Shown: in pieces, positions 20,497 through 30,249 of the stretch
Numbering within the stretch: the first letter of the stretch is position 1
Layout: each line of letters starts with the position of its first letter
Assembly (NCBI GenBank): GCA_965601925.1
Contig: OZ271854.1
Location: 2,752,001-2,816,000 of the forward strand
Length of the DNA stretch: 64,000 nucleotides
Source of the DNA: Alkalispirochaeta sp.
Lineage (GTDB): Bacteria > Spirochaetota > Spirochaetia > DSM-27196 > Alkalispirochaetaceae
Direction of reading: 5' to 3'
Notes under the pieces: generated by a model
What the model saw: the letters and a program-made list of their open reading frames with translations, nothing else
Told to the model about the DNA's origin: nothing
The model's database searches: none
Position numbers and translations under genes: made by a program

Positions 20497-21559
20497 GACG
20501 ATCGATCGTATCGTCTGGCTCGAGGAAGTCGCCAGCTCCCCGGTACGGCGCCGTGTAGAACGGCTTTTAAAAACGCGCGAGGAGCTGCGGTCGATCGAGT
20601 CCGTTACGATTGCCGCCGCCGACGGGCTCAAAGAGGAGCACAATACGCCGCGCACCATCCTCGTCCGTCGCGGCGCCGCCGACGACGTGGGGCGCTGTCC
20701 GGGAACGCATGGGTATGTCTGCTGCAATTACCGAACGTTCAACGTATACGTGGGATGCACCCTGGGGTGTACCTACTGCATCATGCAATCGTATTTGAGA
20801 AATCGGACCTTGGAGGTGCGGCTTCCCGATGAGGGCGCCGTGGAGGCGACTCGCGACCTTGCGGCCGCCCACCCCGATCGCGCGGTCCGCGTCGGGACCG
20901 GAGAGGTCGGCGACAGTTTGCTGTTCGATCCGCTGTTCGGCGTCTCGGCCGATCTCAGCGCCGCATTTGCCGACCGGTCCAACATACGGCTCGAACTCAA
21001 GTCCAAGACCGATTATGTGGATCACCTCCCGGATGTGGCACCGCGTGGGAGTACCGTCGTCGCGTTCTCACTCAATCCGCCGCCGATTATCGCATCGGAG
21101 GAGGGGGCGGCGGCCGGTCTCGACGAACGCTTGTCCGCGGCGGACCGCGCGTGGGAAAAGGGGTACCGACTCGCCTTCCACTTCGATCCTATGGTCCACG
21201 GTGCGTCGTGGCGCGACTGGTACGTCGCGCTCGTCGACCGATTGGCGCGATTCCGCACGCGGGCACCGGAGTGGATTAGCCTGGGCACTCTGCGATACCC
21301 CGGCACGCTTCGACCGTGGATCGAACGACGGCCGTACTCCCTGGACGAGTTTGTCGCCACCGGGGACGGCAAAATGCGCTATCTGCAGTCGGTTCGCGCC
21401 GAGATGTACCGAACAATCAAGACGCGACTCCGGCGCGTAGTACCGGACACGCCCGTCTACCTCTGCATGGAGAGCCCGGCTATGTGGCGACACGTTCAAC
21501 GGACCGTACCCGATCCGCCGCGCCGTCTCGTCCACATCATGCGTCCGGTCGCACCGTAG
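20471..21559 (+). CDS. Spore photoproduct lyase-family radical SAM protein
   Basis: GCTLGCTYCIMQ (CxxxCxxC), ELKSK, AFSLNP, AFHFDP, YLCMES; overlaps the upstream gene by 26 nt. Confidence 0.85.
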   Translation: MDCWTYYSKTIDRIVWLEEVASSPVRRRVERLLKTREELRSIESVTIAAADGLKEEHNTPRTILVRRGAADDVGRCPGTHGYVCCNYRTFNVYVGCTLGCTYCIMQSYLRNRTLEVRLPDEGAVEATRDLAAAHPDRAVRVGTGEVGDSLLFDPLFGVSADLSAAFADRSNIRLELKSKTDYVDHLPDVAPRGSTVVAFSLNPPPIIASEEGAAAGLDERLSAADRAWEKGYRLAFHFDPMVHGASWRDWYVALVDRLARFRTRAPEWISLGTLRYPGTLRPWIERRPYSLDEFVATGDGKMRYLQSVRAEMYRTIKTRLRRVVPDTPVYLCMESPAMWRHVQRTVPDPPRRLVHIMRPVAP

Positions 21560-21578
21560 CGGCGTTCTCGGCGTGCGG

Positions 21579-23648
21579 CTAATAGTCGACGCGCAGCGCG
21601 TTTAACGGATAGTAGTGAGCAAGGATCTCCTCGGCGGAGTATCCGGCTCCCGCCATGCCCGCTGCGCCGGTCTGGTCCATACCGACACCGTGGCCCCAGC
21701 CCGCTCCCTCAAAGAGGAAGTATTCCGCCGCTCGATCCTCGCCCAGAAGCGGCGAGACGGTGAACAAGTTGCTCCGGAGTCCGCCGAGGCGCGACCTGAT
21801 GACATCTCTTCTGACGACCGCCTCACCGCGACTCCCTTCGATGCGCACCCATTCGACCCGGCCCGTTATTCCGCGCTCCCCCGGAAGGACCACTCGGACC
21901 GTGCCTACGTCATACCCCGCCGTCGCGAGGCGGCGCTCGATAGTCTGGCGCGGTACCAAGAGCTGCCAGCGGTAGGCACTGGCCGAGGCGTATTGTCGAT
22001 CGCCCGAGTGGCTTTGCGGGCGGCTCGCGATCCAGCCGTACAACTCCGACGGCCGGCGTCGCGTTTCCAGCGGCGGTAGAAGCGGATCGGAGACCGCGAC
22101 GAGGGAGGTCCGATGGCCCCAGACGCTCTCGCTCGACTCGGTATAGCCGGCACTGTTAGCGCTGTACACGGCGTCCAACGTTCCTTCACCGTCGGCGAGC
22201 ACCACGCCGCGCGTGGAGCGAACCGCACGGGTCGTGAGAGGATGCTCTCCGGTAACTCCGCGATAGAAGGCCGAGGCGACCGAGCTGACGAGGTCGAATC
22301 CACGGTCGTGGAAGCGCGTTCGGCGGTGGAGCGTATACGAACGGGCCGCGATCGCCTGCGCCTTCAGCGCCTGCGTCGGCCAGTACGAGGGCATCTCAGA
22401 CGGCACCACCGAGTAAAGGTACTCTTCGACATTGAGATCGTTGACCAGGGTGAACGAGTTACCGCGGGGCAGGATCTCTATGTGCCCTCGATAGCTGCGA
22501 TCTTCTCTGCCGGCGGAGAATTGCCCCGCACCGAACGCGAGATCGAATACGATCGTCGTGTGACCCGGGTCGTCATACACCAGGCGCAGCGGCCCGTCCC
22601 CTGCGGCGATTCGTGAACCCGATTCGTCCTCCACGATCACCCTTTGTCCGTCGGAGAGCACCCGGAGGATTGCGCCGCCCGCTCCGGTCGCCGCCGGCTC
22701 GTCTCCCAACGCAGATCTCAGCGCGGCCAAGCGCTCCTCGGATGAGCGAAAGACGAGATCGGCGGGGGTTTCAAACATTTGAAAGTCGCCGCCGGTCTTG
22801 AGATAGACCGAAGAGAGCGATTCGGCAAGACCGACTCGCAGTCTGGGTATCGTCTCGCGCTCTTCCAAAACCACCTCGACGGTCGGAGGCTCGGCGATTT
22901 CGCGACGACGCTCGGTCTCCTCGGCCTGTCGGGTTACGAGCTCCGGCCGTTGCCGCTCCCACCGCGCGCGGAGATTCGGTATCGCGTCGTTCCAAGGGAG
23001 GGCGATCTCGGCTCGGCGCAGGAGCGCCACCGCATCCGCTTCCTCTCCCAGAGCGAACCGCGCCTCGGCGAGGGGCACAAAAGCTGCGGTGAGGTTGGGC
23101 TCCTGGCGGCGAGCGATCGTCAGCCACTCGACGGTTTGCTCCCACTCCCGCCGCTCGCGCGCGATGAGGCCGAGGAGTAGGTAGGCGTAGGGCATGTGGG
23201 TCGTTCCGTCGGCGAGAGATAAGAGAAGCTCTTCCGCACGCTCGGCGTCGCCGTCCAAGTATCGTCCCGCCGCTTTCCACAAGAGATGGCGAGCGTCGGC
23301 GCCGCGGTCTCCGGCGGACTCCTTCGCGGCGGCAGGGCTCGCGACGCCCGCGAGAACGGTCGTCATGAGTGTCTCCGATGATCGCCCGGGGTCTAGATGC
23401 TTCGTTAGTTCGATCGCCCGTTCCAGATCTCCCGTCTCTCGCAGGAGTACCAAAAGGTCGAGGCGTATATCATCGTTCTCAGGGTCGGCGGCGAGGAGTC
23501 GCTCGAACTGTGCTATCGCCTCGGCTCCGTCGCCGTCGTACCACGCCGAGGTCGCCGTCTCCACCGTCGGCAGCTCTCGAGCCGAGGCCTCGCACGCAGC
23601 GGTAAGAGATACCACTGCGGCACCAAGGATCATTGCGGTTCGATTCAT
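21579..23648 (-). CDS. TPR + SpoIID/LytB-domain lipoprotein (putative lytic transglycosylase)
   Basis: EEYLYSVVPSEM, ALKAQAIAARSY, GWGHGVGMDQTGA, ILAHYY; N-terminal TAAC lipobox and TPRs. Confidence 0.88.
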   Translation of the reverse strand: MNRTAMILGAAVVSLTAACEASARELPTVETATSAWYDGDGAEAIAQFERLLAADPENDDIRLDLLVLLRETGDLERAIELTKHLDPGRSSETLMTTVLAGVASPAAAKESAGDRGADARHLLWKAAGRYLDGDAERAEELLLSLADGTTHMPYAYLLLGLIARERREWEQTVEWLTIARRQEPNLTAAFVPLAEARFALGEEADAVALLRRAEIALPWNDAIPNLRARWERQRPELVTRQAEETERRREIAEPPTVEVVLEERETIPRLRVGLAESLSSVYLKTGGDFQMFETPADLVFRSSEERLAALRSALGDEPAATGAGGAILRVLSDGQRVIVEDESGSRIAAGDGPLRLVYDDPGHTTIVFDLAFGAGQFSAGREDRSYRGHIEILPRGNSFTLVNDLNVEEYLYSVVPSEMPSYWPTQALKAQAIAARSYTLHRRTRFHDRGFDLVSSVASAFYRGVTGEHPLTTRAVRSTRGVVLADGEGTLDAVYSANSAGYTESSESVWGHRTSLVAVSDPLLPPLETRRRPSELYGWIASRPQSHSGDRQYASASAYRWQLLVPRQTIERRLATAGYDVGTVRVVLPGERGITGRVEWVRIEGSRGEAVVRRDVIRSRLGGLRSNLFTVSPLLGEDRAAEYFLFEGAGWGHGVGMDQTGAAGMAGAGYSAEEILAHYYPLNALRVDY

Positions 23649-23701
23649 CGGAGAGAACAATACTCCGTCACGTGCCGGTATGGAAGCGATCCGCTAAGAA
23701 A

Positions 23702-24664
23702 TCAGGTCACTCTGTTTGCCGTTTCTCCGGCAAGGAACGCGCGGACGTTGGCGACCGCCGTGTTCAGGAGTCTCGATCGCGCCTCTCGCGTCGCCCACGC
23801 GATGTGCGGTGTAATGGTGATGTTGGGCGCCGAGTACAACGGGTTGTCGGCCTCGGGCGGTTCGCGTTCCAGAACGTCTATTCCCGCGCCTGCGATGACG
23901 CCGTTGCGCAGGGCATCGGCAAGGTCGGCATCCACCACCAGCGGTCCGCGAGACATGTTCAGGAGAAAAGCGCTCCTCTTCATCGCACGGAGGGCGCCGG
24001 CGTCTATCATTCCCGTGTTCTCCGGCGTCAGCGGGCAGTGAAGAGAGACGAAGTCCGCCTCGGCCAACAGCTGGTCCATCCGGCGCCACGCGAAGTGAGG
24101 CCAGTTCGGCGCGTCGGTACGACGGAGGTCCTGCGCGACGACCCGCATCCCAAAGGCGTCGGCCAATGCTCCCACACGACGTCCTATTCGACCGAATCCG
24201 ATAATGCCCATGGTCTTCCCCGCGAGCTCCACGAGGGGTGCATTCCAGAAGCAGAAATCCACCGAGCGCGCCCACGCCCCCGAGACGACCTCGCGGGAGT
24301 GTTCGACGACGCGGTTGGAGAAGGTGAGGATGTGTGCGAAGGTCATCTGAGCGACCGAGTCGGTGCCGTAGGTCGGAATGTTCGTCACCGGAATCGCGCG
24401 CGTAGCCGCCGAGGCGACGTCAACGACGTTGTAGCCGGTTGCCATGACGCCGATATAGCGGAGCTTCGGCAACGCGTGTATCGTTTGGGCCGAAAGCGGC
24501 GTTTTGTTCGTCAACACCGCGTCGGCCTCTTTTGCTCTCTCGACGATCAGCGCTTGATCCGTTCCGGTACGGTCGTGAATCGTGACCGTTCCCAGTCGTT
24601 CAAGAGGCGACCAATCCAGATCGCCGGGATTCAGTGTGTATCCGTCCAGCACGACAATATTCAT
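23702..24664 (-). CDS. D-2-hydroxyacid dehydrogenase (glycerate dehydrogenase-like)
   Basis: IVVLDGYTLNPGDL, GIIGFGRIG, SLHCPLT, NMSRG, TPHIAW; RBS GGAGG. Confidence 0.92.
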   Translation of the reverse strand: MNIVVLDGYTLNPGDLDWSPLERLGTVTIHDRTGTDQALIVERAKEADAVLTNKTPLSAQTIHALPKLRYIGVMATGYNVVDVASAATRAIPVTNIPTYGTDSVAQMTFAHILTFSNRVVEHSREVVSGAWARSVDFCFWNAPLVELAGKTMGIIGFGRIGRRVGALADAFGMRVVAQDLRRTDAPNWPHFAWRRMDQLLAEADFVSLHCPLTPENTGMIDAGALRAMKRSAFLLNMSRGPLVVDADLADALRNGVIAGAGIDVLEREPPEADNPLYSAPNITITPHIAWATREARSRLLNTAVANVRAFLAGETANRVT

Positions 24665-24880
24665 GTACCCTCCGGTGCTCATACGATTTGAATGCTCCGT
24701 ATACCATACCACCATTCGACCGTCAGATGGTCACCGCCGTCGACGGGGCGCTGTTCCGCGGGGCGTGATATACGCTATCCTTAGGACGTGACGGTCAGGA
24801 GAGATACTATGGTTTTTCCTTTCACGGTCGATTTCGACGCTCAATGTGCGCCGGACCGCGTTGCGCGGACCGGATGGAGG

Positions 24881-25837
24881 ATGAATCGGGTGGTGCGGTC
24901 TTGGGTGCCCCTGGTCGCCGCGTTGTGGAGCGTGCTCGGCTCCATCTTCCCCCTCGCCTCACAGGACGTCGTGGACGAGGCGACGTCTCTCAGGCGCGAC
25001 GCGTCCGATCCGCCGCCGCGCCTGGCCCCCGCCGTGCCCTTCGAGTCGCGGGAGCTCGATCTGTTGGTCGTGGAACGGGGAGGTCCCGCTGCGGGCGAAC
25101 GCCCCTTGGAGATCGTGCGCTACGGGCAGAGGGGATCTCTTAGGCGACCGGTCGCGCTCGATCTCCCGGTCGAGGGACAGGCAATTGTGCTCGAGGAGTG
25201 GGATTGGCTGCGACTCACCGATCGCGCGCTCGCCGTGATCGATTCCGGCGACTACGGGCAGTGGCTGCACCTCGATCCCGGAACGCAGGGCCTCGTGCTC
25301 TCCGAACGGCGGTTCGAACTCTTTCGCGGCGCACTGCATTGGTTGGGAGAGAGCGAGGACGTGGTCCGATCTACGGTTACCTCCGGAGACCTTACGGTGA
25401 CCGGGCGCGGACGCGCTTGGATTCGGCGCAACGGCACGGAGGTCGAGGTGGCGGTGGAGCGGGGGCGCTTCGAGATCGAGCGCGGAGCTACGCTCGTCGC
25501 GGTCGCCTCAGCGGGGCAGGAGCGGACCGTGGCGGTAGACGGCGCCTTTGCGGCGGTCGAACGGGGCGGCGTCGATCTGTTCAGCGAGCGCCGCGAAGCG
25601 CTTATCGGAGAGCTGGACGCAGCGCTTCTGGCGCTCCTCGCCGATGGAACGCTCGACGGCGACACGCTGGTGCGGCTGTGGGAGGCGGTACTGCGGTTCG
25701 GTCCCGTCTTCGCCTCCGCGGAGGCTATGCGCGCAGCGTGGGTCTCAACTCCCGAGGTTGCGCGCTCGGATATCGGCGAGGCGCTGCGCCTCTTGCGCGC
25801 CTACGGGTTTCATCCTCCGCCGGCCGCCGGCATGTGA
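24881..25837 (+). CDS. Exported hypothetical protein with a FecR-like beta region
   Basis: Signal peptide, LFRGAL and EVAVERGRFEI. Alternative starts at 24788 and 24809. Confidence 0.5.
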   Translation: MNRVVRSWVPLVAALWSVLGSIFPLASQDVVDEATSLRRDASDPPPRLAPAVPFESRELDLLVVERGGPAAGERPLEIVRYGQRGSLRRPVALDLPVEGQAIVLEEWDWLRLTDRALAVIDSGDYGQWLHLDPGTQGLVLSERRFELFRGALHWLGESEDVVRSTVTSGDLTVTGRGRAWIRRNGTEVEVAVERGRFEIERGATLVAVASAGQERTVAVDGAFAAVERGGVDLFSERREALIGELDAALLALLADGTLDGDTLVRLWEAVLRFGPVFASAEAMRAAWVSTPEVARSDIGEALRLLRAYGFHPPPAAGM

Positions 25838-25872
25838 TCGGACGGTGCCGAGCGAAAACGCTCGACGTCGCG

Positions 25873-26472
25873 TCAGAAGAACAGCGGTTCGTTGGGATCG
25901 TTTGTTTTGCGCTTTTTGATTTTGGAGAAGTACTTCTGCTCCTCGCGTTCCACCGATACTGCGGACCTGCCGGCGAAGCGTTTGACCAAAACGCGCGCGG
26001 TGGCCGCAAAGAACAATATCTTGCGCGCCGAGGTGCCGCCCACGTCGTGACTCAGGATAGGAATCGCCTCCGTCTCGAGAAAGTCGCGCGCGAAGAGAAT
26101 ATTGCTCTCCGGGATTCGACCCGACGTGTTGTCCAGCACGTGGCCGCCGCCGAATACTTTCGCGACGAGTCTGTTCTTCCGTGCCCCGGCTTTGAGCATG
26201 TCATTGATGAGCAGTTCCATCGCAAACATTCCGTATCGTCCGCTCTCTTCGGCAAAGAACCTGCGGCTGTGTAACTCCCCGGGAAGCATGAAGTGGTTGA
26301 GTCCCCCGAGGTTCACTACGGGATCGTAGAGGGCTACGGCGATGCAGCTGCCGAGAACCGTCGATATGATGATGTCCTCGTCGGTCGAGAAGTACTCACC
26401 GGGATGAAGAACGGCGACGTCCTTCTGAAATCGTTGGTTGTGATGTCGGTTTATTCCACCGGAGGCAGGCAT
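25873..26472 (-). CDS. cheD: Chemoreceptor glutamine deamidase CheD
   Basis: TVLGSCIAV, GGLNHFMLP, RYG..AME.LIN, AKVFGG, DVGG. Confidence 0.95.
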   Translation of the reverse strand: MPASGGINRHHNQRFQKDVAVLHPGEYFSTDEDIIISTVLGSCIAVALYDPVVNLGGLNHFMLPGELHSRRFFAEESGRYGMFAMELLINDMLKAGARKNRLVAKVFGGGHVLDNTSGRIPESNILFARDFLETEAIPILSHDVGGTSARKILFFAATARVLVKRFAGRSAVSVEREEQKYFSKIKKRKTNDPNEPLFF

Positions 26473-26473
26473 C

Positions 26474-28267
26474 TTAGAACAGCGTAACTTCCCCGGCCTC
26501 TACACTCTCGCCGATATCGACGCCGCTCAACTGTCCGACGCGCTGTTTGTCGGAGAAGATCGTAAAGCGCTCAATGATCTCTCGGAGTCGATCGTTTTCG
26601 ATCGTCCACGAATCGAGGCCGCGACGTGTGAGGACCTCGGTGTAGCGCGTCTCGATCTCCGCCTCCATCTTTTGCAAATCGACCTTGAGATTGCGAATCT
26701 CTTCGCTGAGCGACGAGAGGCGACGGCCGTTCTCCTTGCTCTGTTCAAAGACGCGATGAAACCCGTCGGTGAATAGTGAGAACTCCGCCACGTTCCGGGC
26801 CACCGCCTCGCGGCTCTCCGAGAGGGCTTGATATCGCGATCTCATCTTCGAACTGAAGTGCTCGACGAACTCGTGCTCTTCCTCTACGTGGTTCCGATGG
26901 CCGACGATCACGACGCTGACGGACTTGATGAAATCCCGCGTTGAACGGAGTGACTGGTCGACGTCGCTTTCGATCTGGCGCGTGAGTGCAGTCATCTGTT
27001 CAGCGGTGCTACCCATCGACCGGAGCACCTCCTGCTTGGCGACCTCGATGCGACTGGCGATATCGATGCTGTGAAATCGAGTTACCAGCGTATTGAAGCG
27101 ATGGAATTGCTCCTCCAAGCTTTCGACGTTTCTCGTAATGGACGTCGATCGATCGACCAAGCTCTCTTTGTTGCGCATGTTGCGGTCGAGGTCGGCGATT
27201 AACTCCTGCAGGACGGCCGACGCCTTCTCGAAGAGCGTGTCAAGGGATTGCTCTTCGATCCCGAGGGCATCGGGCAGTTGTCCGCGGGTGAAGCGCCGTT
27301 GGTTCTCTTCCAGCTGCGCGCGCTTCTGTTCGGCCTCCTCGGTAAGGCGGAGGAACGTGCTGATGCTCCCGTCGATCTGTTCCGCGACATCCTCTATGAG
27401 CGACGAGGCGAGGGCCGGAATCTGACGTGTAAAGGCCAGTTCGTCGAGAAGCTTGTCGTCGTTCTCGACCTCATCCTCGGAGCGGATCTTTTCCAGCGCC
27501 AAGATGATGTGGTCGATCGACTGGCGTATCAGATCCTGAAGCTGGATCGCCTCCATCATGCCGTTCACCGGTTCGCGAAGTTGTTCGGACTCGCTCCTCA
27601 GAGCGCGTAAGCCCTCGACGGTCGCCTCGACTGCGGTCTGTACCTCGTGAAAACTCGAGAATATTCTATTCTCGAAACTGTCGATGAGTTGTTGTTGGAA
27701 GCCCCTTGCATCGGTCAACAACGTCTCGAGGTTGCGAAAGCTCTCGATGAGCTCGCGGCCTTGGGCGGCGATATTCCGCGAAAGGTCGATCGTCCGGGCT
27801 GCGAGGCGCTGCAACTCTTCGGTAATGAAGCTGAAGGCGCGTCCCGCGTTGCCCGCTTTCAACGCCACGGTCATCGCGTTGAGGGAGACCAGTTCCATAT
27901 CCTCGCTATCGACGGTGATATGCGTGATCGAGTGAGAGATCTCTTCCAGTTGGCTTATACCGGACTGAATCTGCTCGAACAGTTCGCCGTCGTGCTCCGA
28001 AATCTCGCGAAATCGGTCGGCGCCGCTGCGCATCTCCTTGCTTGCCTGGGCGACCAACGAGGAGATCATGAGTTGGTCCGTGCACCCCGCCTCGTGGTGG
28101 CCCATCGAGCAGATCGCCTCTTCCGACTGCTCGAAGCTCTGACGCATCTCTCGAACCAACGCCGGAAGGCTCTCGGCCAACGCTAAGAAGATTCGTTCCG
28201 TATGTCCTTCAATCTCTTTTAATGCGCCGATTAGCTGATTTCGCAGAGCGAACGAAACATAACTCAT
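26474..28267 (-). CDS. Soluble MCP-like chemotaxis coiled-coil protein
   Basis: LVSLNAMTVALKAGNAGRAF hairpin-tip motif, no TM segment, adjacent to cheD. Confidence 0.75.
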   Translation of the reverse strand: MSYVSFALRNQLIGALKEIEGHTERIFLALAESLPALVREMRQSFEQSEEAICSMGHHEAGCTDQLMISSLVAQASKEMRSGADRFREISEHDGELFEQIQSGISQLEEISHSITHITVDSEDMELVSLNAMTVALKAGNAGRAFSFITEELQRLAARTIDLSRNIAAQGRELIESFRNLETLLTDARGFQQQLIDSFENRIFSSFHEVQTAVEATVEGLRALRSESEQLREPVNGMMEAIQLQDLIRQSIDHIILALEKIRSEDEVENDDKLLDELAFTRQIPALASSLIEDVAEQIDGSISTFLRLTEEAEQKRAQLEENQRRFTRGQLPDALGIEEQSLDTLFEKASAVLQELIADLDRNMRNKESLVDRSTSITRNVESLEEQFHRFNTLVTRFHSIDIASRIEVAKQEVLRSMGSTAEQMTALTRQIESDVDQSLRSTRDFIKSVSVVIVGHRNHVEEEHEFVEHFSSKMRSRYQALSESREAVARNVAEFSLFTDGFHRVFEQSKENGRRLSSLSEEIRNLKVDLQKMEAEIETRYTEVLTRRGLDSWTIENDRLREIIERFTIFSDKQRVGQLSGVDIGESVEAGEVTLF

Positions 28268-28362
28268 ATAGGTGAAAGCATAGTGCTTCCCATGGTGAGG
28301 CGCAACTGAAATGGGCCGCCCATATGAGGCGGCCCGTTGCAGTTCGTTACCGAATCCGAACG

Positions 28363-29481
<1,119 letters not shown>

Positions 29482-29517
29482 GTAACTCCTCCTACAGAGT
29501 TTATTTTATGTCGGTCC

Positions 29518-29546
29518 AGTGTAGGGGCAGTTACTGCTCCTGTCAA
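29518..29546 (-). promoter_or_regulatory. Sigma70 promoter of the sugar ATPase, with a palindromic spacer
   Basis: Minus strand TTGACA-N17-TACACT. Confidence 0.7.
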
Positions 29547-29603
29547 ACGGCATTCGTGCGCGTCTCCGGGGTGCCGCTGCGATCCCTCGCGCATCATCCT
29601 GTG

Positions 29604-29633
29604 GTAGCCGTAGCCGTAGCCGTAGCCGTAGCC
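29604..29633. repeat. Hexanucleotide tandem repeat (GTAGCC)5
   Basis: Five exact copies, intergenic. Confidence 0.9.
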
Positions 29634-29877
29634 GTCGGCAAAGGAGCGCAAGCCTCCGCCGCCTACGATTAGCCGAGCGGCCTCCGGCGCGTCGGTCATC
29701 AGACGGACGGGTGACCGCGGCGCCGTGCGCGATCCCGCGGATCGCTGCTCGCCGCGAACGTGTGCCCCCGGCGGACGCGACCTTCCGACCCGGAACGGTC
29801 TGCACGAGCGGTCGACGCCGCCACCCGCCCGCATTCGTAGTTACAACACGCACCTACAAGGATACGCCGTTCCTCGG

Positions 29878-29940
29878 TTGACAGACCCCACGGGTGACGA
29901 TAGAATTAAGGCATACTTACTTAAATAGGCGAGGCTAATT
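29878..29940 (+). promoter_or_regulatory. feo promoter with DtxR/MntR-like operator(s)
   Basis: TTGACA-N17-TAGAAT, followed by AATTAA-N6-CTTACT and AAATAG-N6-CTAATT. Confidence 0.7.
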
Positions 29941-30003
29941 TCCCGCCCATCTCATGCATAGAAGGTGGAATGGGTGAGATTTCCTGTGCGCATCGGAGGA
30001 TAT

Positions 30004-30249
30004 ATGGATAAGAGACGTGTTCGCGATCTGGCCGTCGGCGAGACCGCCCGGGTGGCGGGGTATGAGGGGGGACGTACGCCGTACCGCGCCAAGCTCCTTT
30101 CGATGGGACTTACCAGGGGCACGGAGCTTAAGGTGCTCCAGTTCGCTCCCCTCGGCGACCCGGTGGAGATTGAGGTCAGGGGCTTTAGCCTCTCTCTCAG
30201 GCGCGAGGAGGCCGACGCACTCATTCTCGAAGACGGGGTAGGTGCATAA
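30004..30249 (+). CDS. feoA: Ferrous iron transport protein A
   Basis: KLLSMGLTRG, APLGDPVEI.VRG..LSLRREEA; RBS GGAGGA. Confidence 0.95.
   Translation: MDKRRVRDLAVGETARVAGYEGGRTPYRAKLLSMGLTRGTELKVLQFAPLGDPVEIEVRGFSLSLRREEADALILEDGVGA

Noticed and set aside
19525..23648. Sporulation locus (SPL-like plus SpoIID)
   Set aside because: Both families occur widely in non-sporulating bacteria, the genes are convergent, and no spo regulators are present
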